Assembly (NCBI RefSeq): GCF_000010625.1
Contig: NC_010296.1
Location: 5,730,001 to 5,762,000 of the forward strand
DNA length: 32,000 nucleotides
Direction: 5' to 3'
Source: Microcystis aeruginosa NIES-843
GTDB lineage: Bacteria; Cyanobacteriota; Cyanobacteriia; Cyanobacteriales; Microcystaceae
The notes under the pieces are model-generated. The model made no database searches, was not told the DNA's origin, and saw only the letters and a list, made by a program, of their open reading frames with translations. Of the stretch, positions 16,573 through 26,306 are shown one piece after another (position 1 is the first letter of the stretch; every line of letters starts with the position of its first letter). A program made the translations under genes and the position numbers.

Positions 16573-17311
16573 TTCAATCTGAACTTGAGCAGTGAACAGC
16601 CTACAATGAGGAGAGGAGTGCGAAACGTTTAGGCATGAAATAGGGCTGAAATGCCCGAAATAACCGCCTAGCAAGGTCTTCAGTCCCCCGACTGAATCTA
16701 AGAGGTCAACCCAGACCAACCTTATAACTGTTTATATGTCCCAACGTTTAGTATCACCCGATACCAAATCAGGCAAGGGGACTCAAGGTCAATACACTTT
16801 GTAACAATCAATCACAAATCGTTACAAAGCTGAGAGTAACGGCGATAGCCACCCCCAGATTCAGAAGTCACAACTCTGGGACTGAAGCGGGGAACGGAAG
16901 GCTCCTAGATGTAACCTAACATCCAAACCGAGACCACTGCCAACCATCCAAGATTAGGCGTGAGCCAAATGTCCGACTTGAACCATCGTAAACATTGAGT
17001 AGTGAAATAGGTTGACACACTACATTCAAAAGAATAAGGGGAATAGTGAGGGTCTTACCTTTCCCACTCACACAGACCTTTAAAGTACCCCGGTGGAGAG
17101 GACAAATCTAAAGATGGAATGCCCATATAAACGGAACGTTATAAACCCTTTTAGGCTCTGAGTATCGGTCGAAATACCCAGTAGCGATAAGTGTAAGCGC
17201 AAGCCTTCAAGGGTGTGAGATGTAACCAAAAGCCAACGCCTGACAGTAATAATCAGGATATGCTGACGGGTTACGGTTTGATTGTAAGGATAGAGTCTAG
17301 TAGGAGTCTAT

Positions 17312-19156
17312 ATGACGAAATCGAGAGAAGGTAAAGGATTCGGGAAACCGAAAACCACTAAGACTACGAATGTATGGAAAACTATCAATTGGGCAAAAGT
17401 CCAAAGATATGTTTTCAAGCTCCAAAAGAGGATATACCAAGCGGCTAAATCGGGACAGGATGCAAAGGTTAGAAGGTTGCAACGTCTATTGGTGAAATCA
17501 TACTATGCTCGTTTATTAGCAGTTCGCAAAGTAACCCAAGATAATCAAGGAAAGAAAACAGCAGGAGTCGATGGAATGATAGCAATATCCCCAGAACAAA
17601 GGCTAAATCTAACCGAAGAAATCAAAGGAACACTTAAAGCAAAACCGCTAAGAAGGGTATGGATTCCTAAACCCGGCAGGGATGAAAAACGCCCATTAGG
17701 AATACCAACCATCAAAGACAGAGCTAGACAAGCGTTGATTAAATCGGCACTTGAACCAGAATGGGAGTCAAAAATGGAAGGAACCAGCTATGGTTTCCGA
17801 CCCGGAAGGTCTGACCATGACGCTATATCAAGGATATACATCACCATTAATCAAAGTAGCTACTTTGTATTAGATGCTGATATTGCCAAGTGTTTTGACC
17901 GAATTAATCACGACTTTTTACTGTCCAAAATTCATTGTCCAAGTTCCCTGAAAAGAGACATAAAACAATGGCTCAAAGCAGGAGTTTTGGATAACGGTGT
18001 ATTTGAAGAAACAGAAACAGGGACACCACAAGGAGGGGTAATAAGTCCACTACTAGCCAACATCGCACTGGATGGAATGGCAAGATTAATTGAAACACTA
18101 TTTCCCAAAAAGGGAAATGGTAAAAATCAAGCTGTTTTAATAAGGTACGCCGATGATTTTGTGGTGATTTCACCATCACTCGAAATCATTGAACAGTGCA
18201 AAACTGCCATTTCTGAATGGTTAAAGCCTATTGGATTAGAACTTAAACCAGAAAAAACCAGAGTGTGTCACACACTCAAACCTATTGAATACAATGGGAA
18301 AATGGAAGAACCCGGTTTTGACTTTCTAGGATTCAATATCAGGCAATATCCAGTAGGAAAATACAAATCTGGGAAAGATGGGGCAAAACGATTAATTGGT
18401 CACAAAACCCACATCAAACCCAGCCAAAAAGCAGTTAAAACCCACACAGAAGCGATTAAAGGTGTAATCAAAAAACACAAAACAGCACCTCAATCAGCCC
18501 TGATTAGTCGACTAAACCCAATCATTAGAGGTTGGGCTAACTACTACTCAGGAGTAGTATCTATGGATACCTTCAATAAACTAGACAATACAACCTGGTT
18601 AATGTTAAGGGCATGGACAGTATCAAGATGCGGTAAAGCGAACTACGAAAAGCTGAGAAATTATTTTAGACCGGATACAGTTAAACTCAGCAATGGGAAA
18701 GAAAGACACGAATCTTGGTTATTCAAAACCAAAAACGGTCTCTATCTATGGAAACATAATTGGACACCAATCGTCAGACATACCCTAGTACGCCCCGACG
18801 CATCACCATTTGACGGAAATTGGACTTACTGGGCGACCAGACGAGGACAAGCAATCGACACACCGACAAGAGTAGCCAAACTACTCAAAAAGCAACAAGG
18901 CAAGTGTAGCCGATGTGGGCAGTATTTCACCCCATCGGATTTAATTGAAGTTGACCACATTCACCCTCTAAGCTTAGGCGGAAAGGATGAATACAAGAAC
19001 CTTCAATTACTACACCGCCACTGTCACGATGATAAATCGGCATCTGATGGAAGCCCAAAATCATCTACGCTAACACCATTAGAAGTTAGTATAGATAATA
19101 CAATGACAACCAAAAGAAGTCAAGCTGTATCCTTAACAAGGGAACAGTCAAACTAG
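17312..19156 (+). CDS. Group II intron reverse transcriptase/maturase with a C-terminal HNH endonuclease domain
   Basis: 614 aa. RT motifs include GVDG..., RRVWIPKPG..KRPLGIPT, PQGGVISPLLANI and YADDFVV. The maturase X motif is RGWANYY. The HNH region is CSRCG...VDHIHPLSLGG..YKNLQLLHRHCH. Confidence 0.93.
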   Translation: MTKSREGKGFGKPKTTKTTNVWKTINWAKVQRYVFKLQKRIYQAAKSGQDAKVRRLQRLLVKSYYARLLAVRKVTQDNQGKKTAGVDGMIAISPEQRLNLTEEIKGTLKAKPLRRVWIPKPGRDEKRPLGIPTIKDRARQALIKSALEPEWESKMEGTSYGFRPGRSDHDAISRIYITINQSSYFVLDADIAKCFDRINHDFLLSKIHCPSSLKRDIKQWLKAGVLDNGVFEETETGTPQGGVISPLLANIALDGMARLIETLFPKKGNGKNQAVLIRYADDFVVISPSLEIIEQCKTAISEWLKPIGLELKPEKTRVCHTLKPIEYNGKMEEPGFDFLGFNIRQYPVGKYKSGKDGAKRLIGHKTHIKPSQKAVKTHTEAIKGVIKKHKTAPQSALISRLNPIIRGWANYYSGVVSMDTFNKLDNTTWLMLRAWTVSRCGKANYEKLRNYFRPDTVKLSNGKERHESWLFKTKNGLYLWKHNWTPIVRHTLVRPDASPFDGNWTYWATRRGQAIDTPTRVAKLLKKQQGKCSRCGQYFTPSDLIEVDHIHPLSLGGKDEYKNLQLLHRHCHDDKSASDGSPKSSTLTPLEVSIDNTMTTKRSQAVSLTREQSN

Positions 19157-19190
19157 GAGCCGTGTGATGCGAAAGTATCACGCACGGTTC
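19157..19190 (+). ncRNA. Group II intron domain V
   Basis: GAGCCGTGTGATGCGAAAGTATCACGCACGGTTC is a 34-nt hairpin with a GAAA loop and a bulge. It matches the canonical domain V consensus (GAGCCGUAU...GAAA...ACGGUUC). Confidence 0.9.
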
Positions 19191-19265
19191 TGAATGGGAG
19201 GGGAGGTCGGTGACGACCTTCTCGACCCCTAATTAGAGACTAATTTTAATGAATCATGCCCAGCA

Positions 19266-21143
19266 ATGAGTATAAAAAGCAAACCTCCTTCACAATCTCG
19301 CCTGATCGGTAATGTTTTATTAGCCGTAGGCGGCTTATTTCTGATTGTTAACCTTCTTTTCCCGCAATTATTTGGCCCTAGCGTCCCCAAAGTTCCCTAT
19401 AGTCTTTTTATCGACCAAGTGGAAGATGGCAACGTCGCTAGGGTATCCGTGGGACAGAATGAGATTCGTTATCAGCTTAAAAACGACCAAGAGGGCAACT
19501 ACGGACGAATTTTCAGCACTACACCGATTTTTGACCTAGAATTGCCCAAACGTCTAGAAGCTAAGGGCGTAGAATTCGCCGCTGCGCCACCGCCAAAAAA
19601 TGGCTGGATTGGCAGTGTCCTTAGTTGGGTGATTCCTCCCCTGATTTTTGTTGGTATTTGGCAATTTTTCCTCGCTCGCAGCGGTGGCGGTGGTCCGGCC
19701 GGGGCTTTATCGATTACCAAAAGTCGCGCTAAAGTCTATGTGGAAGGAGACACCACCAAAACCACTTTTAAAGATGTGGCCGGTGTGGAAGAAGCGAAAA
19801 CCGAATTAGCCGAAATCGTCGAATTTCTCAAATATCCCCAACGTTACATTCAAATCGGGGCGCGGATTCCCAAGGGTGTCCTCTTAGTCGGTCCGCCGGG
19901 GACAGGGAAAACCCTGCTGGCAAAAGCAGTAGCGGGAGAAGCGGGAGTTTCTTTTTTTAGTATCTCGGGTTCGGAATTCGTGGAACTCTTTGTCGGTGCG
20001 GGTGCGGCCCGAGTGCGAGATCTGTTTGAACAGGCCAAGAAAAAAGCCCCCTGTATTATTTTTATCGATGAATTAGACGCGATCGGTAAATCTCGCGCTA
20101 ACGGTAATTTTATGGGGGGTAACGATGAACGGGAACAGACTTTAAACCAATTATTGACGGAAATGGACGGTTTTAACGCTGGTGATGCGACGGTGATCGT
20201 GCTGGCCGCTACTAATCGCCCCGAAACTCTTGATACCGCCCTTTTACGCCCCGGCCGTTTTGATCGTCAAGTGTTAGTTGATCGCCCCGATCTGGCTGGA
20301 CGCTTAAAAATCCTCGAAATCTACGCAGGTAAGGTAAAATTAGGATCGGGTGTGGATTTAAAACAGATTGCTACCCGTACCCCCGGTTTTGCTGGTGCTG
20401 ACTTAGCTAATCTAGTCAATGAGGCGGCTTTATTGGCAGCGCGTAATCAACGCAGCACCGTCGCCCAAGAGGACTTTAATGAGGCAATCGAGCGGGTAGT
20501 GGCCGGTTTAGAGAAGAAAAGCCGGGTTCTCTCGGAAAAAGAGAAGAAAATCGTCGCTTATCACGAAGTTGGTCACGCTCTCGTCGGTGCAGTTATGCCG
20601 GGGGGTGGTAAAGTTGCTAAGATTTCGATCGTGCCTCGCGGCATGGCAGCCCTCGGTTATACCCTGCAAATGCCCACGGAAGACCGTTTCCTGATGGATG
20701 ATACGGAATTACGCGACCAAATTGCTACTCTTTTAGGTGGTCGGGCCGCCGAAGAAATTGTCTTTGGTAGTATTACTACTGGGGCCGCTAATGACCTGCA
20801 GCGGGCGACGGACTTGGCCGAACGCATGGTGACGACCTATGGTATGAGTAAGACCCTGGGGCCCCTAGCCTACGAAAAAGGTCAACAGAATAGTTTTCTG
20901 GGAGATGGCATGATGAATCCTCGGCGCTTGGTGAGCGATGATACGGCCAAAGCGATCGATAATGAAGTGAAAGAGATTGTCGAAAATGGTCATCAGCAGG
21001 CCCTGGATATCCTTGCTCAAAATCGCGATTTGCTCGAAGAAATTGCCCAAGAAATCCTCAGTAAAGAGGTGATTGAAGGGGAACAGTTGCAGGCTCTGCT
21101 CGATCGCGTTAAACCCCTCGATCGAGAACCTGTTACTGTTTAG
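19266..21143 (+). CDS. ftsH: ATP-dependent zinc metalloprotease FtsH (FtsH4-type N-terminus)
   Basis: 625 aa with Walker A GPPGTGKT, the second region of homology, and the zinc motif HEVGHA. As I recall it, the N-terminal region ([10 protein letters not shown]...[20 protein letters not shown]) resembles the Synechocystis FtsH4 class. Confidence 0.93.
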   Translation: MSIKSKPPSQSRLIGNVLLAVGGLFLIVNLLFPQLFGPSVPKVPYSLFIDQVEDGNVARVSVGQNEIRYQLKNDQEGNYGRIFSTTPIFDLELPKRLEAKGVEFAAAPPPKNGWIGSVLSWVIPPLIFVGIWQFFLARSGGGGPAGALSITKSRAKVYVEGDTTKTTFKDVAGVEEAKTELAEIVEFLKYPQRYIQIGARIPKGVLLVGPPGTGKTLLAKAVAGEAGVSFFSISGSEFVELFVGAGAARVRDLFEQAKKKAPCIIFIDELDAIGKSRANGNFMGGNDEREQTLNQLLTEMDGFNAGDATVIVLAATNRPETLDTALLRPGRFDRQVLVDRPDLAGRLKILEIYAGKVKLGSGVDLKQIATRTPGFAGADLANLVNEAALLAARNQRSTVAQEDFNEAIERVVAGLEKKSRVLSEKEKKIVAYHEVGHALVGAVMPGGGKVAKISIVPRGMAALGYTLQMPTEDRFLMDDTELRDQIATLLGGRAAEEIVFGSITTGAANDLQRATDLAERMVTTYGMSKTLGPLAYEKGQQNSFLGDGMMNPRRLVSDDTAKAIDNEVKEIVENGHQQALDILAQNRDLLEEIAQEILSKEVIEGEQLQALLDRVKPLDREPVTV

Positions 21144-21164
21144 ATTGATTTGATTTTTACCTTA

Positions 21165-21194
21165 CCCCATCTTTGTTCAAGATGGGGTTTTTTA
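21165..21194. terminator. Bidirectional hairpin terminator between convergent ftsH and the LysR gene
   Basis: CCCCATCT (21165-21172) pairs with AGATGGGG (21180-21187), followed by T6. It overlaps the LysR gene stop codon region. Confidence 0.7.
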
Positions 21195-22112
21195 TCCAGA
21201 AATTTTGACTTTTAAGAGGGATTGGGGCTGAATATTGAGGAGATAATCAAGAAAAGTCTTGGCGATTACCGATAGTTTTTTATCCTTGGGATAAACCACA
21301 TACCAATGGCGTTGGATGGGAAAATCTTCCACGTCAAGGATGGTAAATTCCCCATTGGGATGATCTAAATTTAAGACGTGCTGAGACAGAACCGAAATTC
21401 CTAAACCACCGGCGACCGCTTGTTTAATGGCTTCATTATTGCCGATTTCCAAACGCAAAGATACAGTGATGCCATGGTCGAGAAAAATTTGCTGCACTGC
21501 CCGTCTAATTCCCGATCCCATTTCCCGCATGATAAAAGGTTCCCCTTGCAGCCGTTTAATCGGAATTTTTTTCTGTCCCGCTAGGGGGTGATCTTTGCGG
21601 GCAATAACGACAAGGGGATTTTCCAGAAACGGTCGAATCTCCAGGTTTAGATCTTCGGGGGGTTCGCTTAAAATATATAGGTCATCAACATTATTGATTA
21701 TCCTTGCTTCTAGCTCTTGGTGATTGGTCAATTCTAGGGACACATCTACCCCTTGGTACTGTTGACAAAAAGGACCTAGGATCTGAGGGATTAAATATTG
21801 GGCTGTGGATACCGCCGCTAAACGCAGTTTACCCTGTTTAATGCCCTTGATAGCAGCGATCGCCATCTCAAAGTTATCAATATCCTTGAGGACTGCCTGA
21901 CAGGTTACTAATAAACCGCGTCCTGCCTCGGTTAAATACAAACGTTTGCCTATCTGTTCAAATAGGGGCAGACCCACTGCTTTAGTCAGTTGTTTCATCT
22001 GGGTGGAAACCGTGGGTTGGGTGATCGATAGTTCTTCGGCAGCCCTGGTGAAACTGCCATGACGAGCCGTCGCTTCAAAGACGATCAGTTGATGTAAAGT
22101 GGCTTGAATCAA
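21192..22112 (-). CDS. ccmR: LysR-family transcriptional regulator, CcmR/CmpR-like, divergent from the bicarbonate-uptake operon
   Basis: 306 aa with an N-terminal HTH (LHQLIVFEATARHGSFTRAAEELSITQPTVSTQMKQL). Its position divergent from bicA/sbtA/sbtB/nhaS3 matches the Microcystis Ci-uptake operon layout reported in the literature. Confidence 0.8.
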   Translation of the reverse strand: MIQATLHQLIVFEATARHGSFTRAAEELSITQPTVSTQMKQLTKAVGLPLFEQIGKRLYLTEAGRGLLVTCQAVLKDIDNFEMAIAAIKGIKQGKLRLAAVSTAQYLIPQILGPFCQQYQGVDVSLELTNHQELEARIINNVDDLYILSEPPEDLNLEIRPFLENPLVVIARKDHPLAGQKKIPIKRLQGEPFIMREMGSGIRRAVQQIFLDHGITVSLRLEIGNNEAIKQAVAGGLGISVLSQHVLNLDHPNGEFTILDVEDFPIQRHWYVVYPKDKKLSVIAKTFLDYLLNIQPQSLLKVKISG

Positions 22113-22414
22113 GAGAAGCCTCTAGAGCGCTACACTTCTGTTACTGCCTTGAGGAGCTTTGCTAAACAGAAGCAGGAATGGAGGGGAACGGGAGAAAACT
22201 TCCCACACTGCTTATATCATAGGTTTAAATCAATACTTTTGTAAAGATATATCGATTTAAACTCAATTTACAAAAATTTGCTTGTCAAGATATCCGTTCT
22301 AGTATAGATTTATAACAATCGATCTTTAAAAACCATAAAGTTTTGTCTATCAAGGCTGGTCTGTCAACCGCCGGCTTTGTTGTGGCAAAAAATCCTTTGC
22401 TCAGTTGGATTCTC
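22113..22414. promoter_or_regulatory. Divergent control region between the LysR regulator and the Ci-uptake operon
   Basis: AT-rich. It contains the inverted repeat TTTTGTAAA (22238-22246) / TTTACAAAA (22268-22276), two TTTAAA(T/C)(T)CAAT boxes, and a candidate promoter TTGTCA (22282-22287), 17-nt spacer, TAGATT (22305-22310). Confidence 0.45.
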
Positions 22415-22636
22415 ATGCAAATAACCCATCGTATTCATTTTGACAATTTGCGGGGCGATATATTCGGTGGTCTAACAGCTGCCATCGTTTCTCTCCCTCT
22501 AGCTCTCGCTTTCGGGGTAGCTTCTGGGGCTGGTGCGATCGGGGCCAGTTTAACCGCCAAAAATCCCGACTTAGGCTTACCCGCGGACTTGACGTTGTCC
22601 AAAGTTCTGCCCGCAACAGGTTTGCTTAAGGGGTAA
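22415..22636 (+). pseudogene. bicA: bicA (SulP-family bicarbonate transporter) remnant: only about the first 45 codons are BicA-like
   Basis: MQITHRIHFDNLRGDIFGGLTAAIVSLPLALAFGVASGAGA matches the BicA/SulP N-terminus. The frame then diverges and stops at 73 aa, whereas SulP transporters exceed 500 aa. Confidence 0.75.
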
Positions 22637-22730
22637 AGGGCCTTACTCTTACTCTCTTTCAGCTTTTGAAGGTTGATTTAGTTCGTTTATATTCAATACT
22701 CCTCATCAGGGGAGGCTTAAGGAGGTATTC

Positions 22731-23852
22731 GTGGATTTTTTCTCATTGTTTGTCATGGACTTTATCCAGCAGTTGCAGTCGCCAACACTGGCCTTTTTGA
22801 TTGGTGGGATGATCATTGCTGCTCTCGGGAGTGAATTGGTCATTCCAGAGTCGATTTGTACGATCATCGTCTTCATGCTGCTGACCAAAATCGGTCTGAC
22901 CGGCGGGATTGCCATCCGCAATTCCAACCTGACGGAAATGGTATTACCAATGATCTTTGCCGTCATAGTAGGGATTATTGTGGTCTTCGTCGCGCGCTAT
23001 ACCTTAGCCAATCTGCCCAAGGTGAAAGTGGTCGATGCGATCGCAACTGGGGGGTTATTTGGAGCCGTGAGTGGCTCGACTATGGCAGCCGGTCTGACGG
23101 TACTCGAAGAACAAAAGATCCCCTACGAGGCCTGGGCCGGCGCACTCTATCCCTTTATGGATATCCCGGCGCTGGTAACGGCGATCGTGGTGGCTAACAT
23201 TTATCTTAACAAGAAGAAGCAGAAAGAAGCGGCCTACGACCAAGAGTCTTTTAGCAAGCAGCCGGTGGCGGCTGGGAATTATTCCGATCAGCAGGATTAT
23301 CCCAGCAGTCGGCAGGAGTATCTCAGCCAGCAGCAGCCGGCGGATAATCGGGTCAAGATCTGGCCGATCATTGAGGAAAGCCTGCGCGGACCGGCCCTAT
23401 CGGCCATGTTATTAGGTTTGGCTTTGGGCATATTCACCCAGCCGGAAAGTGTCTATAAAAGCTTCTACGATCCCCTCTTTCGCGGCTTGCTTTCGGTCTT
23501 GATGCTAGTCATGGGGATGGAGGCTTGGTCACGGGTGGGTGAACTGCGTAAGGTAGCCCAGTGGTATGTCGTCTATAGCGTCATAGCACCGTTTGTACAT
23601 GGGCTAATCGCCTTCGGTCTCGGCATGATTGCCCACTACGCCACCGGTTTCAGTTGGGGCGGTGTGGTCATGCTGGCCGTCATCGCTTCCTCTAGTTCCG
23701 ACATCTCTGGGCCGCCCACGTTGCGGGCCGGTATCCCCTCGGCTAATCCCTCCGCCTATATAGGTGCGTCCACGGCCATCGGTACGCCCGTAGCGATCGG
23801 CTTGTGCATACCCTTCTTCGTTGGTCTCGCCCAGGCCCTCAGCGGCGGCTAG
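22731..23852 (+). CDS. sbtA: Sodium-dependent bicarbonate transporter SbtA
   Basis: 373 aa from a GTG start with a GGAGG ribosome-binding site. MDFFSLFVMDFIQQLQSPTLAFLIGGMIIAALGSELVIPE...FMLLTKIGLTGG matches the SbtA N-terminus. The protein has two multi-TM halves separated by a hydrophilic loop. Confidence 0.92.
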   Translation: MDFFSLFVMDFIQQLQSPTLAFLIGGMIIAALGSELVIPESICTIIVFMLLTKIGLTGGIAIRNSNLTEMVLPMIFAVIVGIIVVFVARYTLANLPKVKVVDAIATGGLFGAVSGSTMAAGLTVLEEQKIPYEAWAGALYPFMDIPALVTAIVVANIYLNKKKQKEAAYDQESFSKQPVAAGNYSDQQDYPSSRQEYLSQQQPADNRVKIWPIIEESLRGPALSAMLLGLALGIFTQPESVYKSFYDPLFRGLLSVLMLVMGMEAWSRVGELRKVAQWYVVYSVIAPFVHGLIAFGLGMIAHYATGFSWGGVVMLAVIASSSSDISGPPTLRAGIPSANPSAYIGASTAIGTPVAIGLCIPFFVGLAQALSGG

Positions 23853-23900
23853 GATTGTGGTCGGTGGGCGCTCCCTTGACGGGGCTTACCAAGCAAATAA

Positions 23901-24266
<366 letters not shown>

Positions 24267-24290
24267 CCGGACCATGACTCCGGCACTCTA

Positions 24291-24338
24291 GGGCCACCGC
24301 ATCCCCAGCTTGACTGTCCTTGAGCGGTGGCCCTTTTT
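24291..24338 (+). terminator. Long-loop hairpin plus T5 between sbtB and nhaS3 (possible partial terminator or processing site)
   Basis: GGGCCACCGC (24291-24300) pairs with GCGGTGGCCC (24324-24333), with a 23-nt loop, then TTTTT. Confidence 0.45.
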
Positions 24339-24394
24339 CCTATCCCCCAGTTTTATGACCACCTAACACCTTTAACCCTCATCCCCTTAAACTC

Positions 24395-25810
24395 ATGATT
24401 TTGTCCCATATTCTGCCTCCTTCGATCGGGGAGATAGCGGCTCCCATGACTCCGCTCCCCTTGCTCGCCACCGTTGTGGCCGAGGATTCACCGATTATTC
24501 TCTCCGGGGTATTGCTGACGCTGGTGGTGATTTATCTGGCCAGCAAGCTCGGCGCGGAGGCCGCCAGACGATTGGATTTTCCGCCCGTACTGGGAGAACT
24601 GGTCGCCGGTGTGATCGTCGGCGTTTCGGCACTGCATCTGCTCATCTTTCCCGAAGGGGGACTATCGGCCTCCGACTCGCTGATTATGACGGTACTGCAA
24701 GGTTTGAATCAATTGGCCCCGGCTGCCGTAGAGCGGATCTTTGAGTCCCAAAGTGAAGTGATTTCGGTTCTAGCTGAAATCGGTGTGATTATTCTGCTGT
24801 TTGAAATTGGCCTGGAATCGGATCTGCGACAACTCAAGGAAGTGGGAATTCAAGCCACGGTGGTGGCCTGTGTGGGGGTGGCGGCACCTTTTGCGGCAGG
24901 TACGGCCGGGTTAATGCTCGTCTTTCATGTGGCGGCTATCCCGGCGATTTTTGCGGGGGCAGCCTTGACGGCAACCAGTATCGGTATTACCTCGAAGGTG
25001 TTGTCAGAGTTAGGTCAACTCAAATCCAAAGAAGGGCAAATTATTGTCGGCGCGGCGGTGATCGATGATGTCCTCGGTATTATTGTTCTGGCTGTGGTCG
25101 CTAGTTTAGCCAAAACCGGTGAGATTGATGTGACCAATGTTATTTATCTGATTGTCAGCGCTACGGCCTTTTTGATCGGATCAATTTTGTTGGGAGGTAT
25201 TTTTAACAAAAGTTTTGTGGCGATCGTGGAGCGGCTGAAAACGCGGGGAAATATTGTTATTCCCGCATTTGTCTTCGCTTTCTTTATGGCATTTTTGGGT
25301 AACGCTATTCATCTTGAAGCAATTTTAGGGGCTTTTGCTGCGGGTTTGGTGCTTGATGAAACTGATACCCGCAACGAGTTGGATGAGTTAATTAAACCGA
25401 TCGCCGATTTGCTTGTGCCGATTTTCTTTGTGACGGTGGGAGCGCGTGCCGACCTCGGTGTTTTAAACCCAACGGTACCGGAGAATCGGGCCGGACTTTT
25501 GATCGCTGTCTTTTTGATGGTTGTGGCGATTATCGGTAAACTGGTGACGGGCTGGGCAGTTTTTGGCCTATCTGGAATCAATCGTCTCGCCATCGGTGTG
25601 GGTATGATTCCCCGGGGTGAGGTGGGTCTAGTTTTTGCCGGGATTGGTTCGGCCAGCGGAATTTTGGATAAGCCTTTGGAGGTGTCGATTATTATTATGG
25701 TGATCCTGACCACTTTCCTCGCTCCTCCCTTCCTCAGAGTCGCTTTTGGTAAGACGGAAGCTGTTCCCGAAACCCTGGAAGGCAAGGAGCCAGCTAATCC
25801 TATTACTTAA
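24395..25810 (+). CDS. nhaS3: Na+/H+ antiporter (CPA2 family, NhaS3-type)
   Basis: 471 aa with about 12 TM segments, the Na_H_Exchanger pattern (LGELVAGVIVG..., EIGLESD) and the C-terminal motif IPRGEVGLVFA. Its position after sbtB matches the described operon. Confidence 0.85.
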   Translation: MILSHILPPSIGEIAAPMTPLPLLATVVAEDSPIILSGVLLTLVVIYLASKLGAEAARRLDFPPVLGELVAGVIVGVSALHLLIFPEGGLSASDSLIMTVLQGLNQLAPAAVERIFESQSEVISVLAEIGVIILLFEIGLESDLRQLKEVGIQATVVACVGVAAPFAAGTAGLMLVFHVAAIPAIFAGAALTATSIGITSKVLSELGQLKSKEGQIIVGAAVIDDVLGIIVLAVVASLAKTGEIDVTNVIYLIVSATAFLIGSILLGGIFNKSFVAIVERLKTRGNIVIPAFVFAFFMAFLGNAIHLEAILGAFAAGLVLDETDTRNELDELIKPIADLLVPIFFVTVGARADLGVLNPTVPENRAGLLIAVFLMVVAIIGKLVTGWAVFGLSGINRLAIGVGMIPRGEVGLVFAGIGSASGILDKPLEVSIIIMVILTTFLAPPFLRVAFGKTEAVPETLEGKEPANPIT

Positions 25811-25841
25811 TTTTGCGGGTAAAATCTGATTTTTTAGACGA

Positions 25842-25866
25842 GGCTGAAAATACTTCAGCCTTTTTT
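25842..25866 (+). terminator. Rho-independent terminator after nhaS3
   Basis: GGCTGAA (25842-25848) pairs with TTCAGCC (25854-25860), followed by T6. Confidence 0.75.
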
Positions 25867-25886
25867 GTCGACGATAGTTCCGGGAT

Positions 25887-26264
25887 TTATCGGTTAGAAA
25901 GAGCGCAGTTTCCCCGCGACCAACCCCATTCTTCCACTCCCACGGAAATTTGCGAACCGGGACGGACATCTCCTTTCGATAAGTCTATCAGGGTCACACT
26001 GACTGCGGCGAATAAACTGCCACGATAAATCGGTTGTCCTTTGTTGTTAGTATTTTTAAAGCTAAGGCTAGAAACTTGGGGAGGTTGACCGGAACGCGTC
26101 CAGCGAATGCGTTCAAAACGTCCATTGAGAAATTCTGCCGAATAGGACCAACCGTTATTCATGCGGCCTTGACAAAAAAGCTGTTGTGTGGCCACAGTAG
26201 CAGGAATATTGACAGATAAACTCAGAAGGCTGAATGCAGCGAGAGCGATCGGCAAAAATTTCAT
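25887..26264 (-). CDS. Secreted hypothetical protein (signal peptide MKFLPIALAAFSLLSLSVNIPATVA)
   Basis: The ORF track extends to 26297. The Met at 26264 gives a canonical signal peptide, so I prefer it as the start. Confidence 0.55.
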   Translation of the reverse strand: MKFLPIALAAFSLLSLSVNIPATVATQQLFCQGRMNNGWSYSAEFLNGRFERIRWTRSGQPPQVSSLSFKNTNNKGQPIYRGSLFAAVSVTLIDLSKGDVRPGSQISVGVEEWGWSRGNCALSNR

Positions 26265-26306
26265 AAAAGTTGGCACTATAGGGTCAAATAATCCCATTAT
26301 AAGTTC

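Larger units (their letters stand above)
16618..19233 (+). mobile_element. Group II intron (2616 bp) with an RT-maturase-HNH intron-encoded protein
   Basis: The 5' end is GTGCG at 16618. Domain V is at 19157-19190. Domain VI is a GNRA-capped helix with a bulged A at 19225. The 3' end ...CTAAT at 19233 lies 8 nt after that branch A. The ORF sits in the domain IV position. Confidence 0.85.

Noticed and set aside
17312-19156. The reverse transcriptase could belong to a retron, a DGR or an Abi-type defence system
   Set aside because: The ORF has the maturase X motif (RGWANYY) and an HNH domain. It is embedded between a GTGCG 5' end and canonical group II domains V and VI, so it is an intron-encoded protein. 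I found no template/variable repeat pair and no msr/msd-like structure.
22343-22414. Upstream extension of the bicA stub (ORF-track start at 22343)
   Set aside because: BicA/SulP homology begins exactly at the ATG at 22415 (MQITHRIHF...). The 24 extra codons start from a non-ATG codon and have no recognisable similarity.
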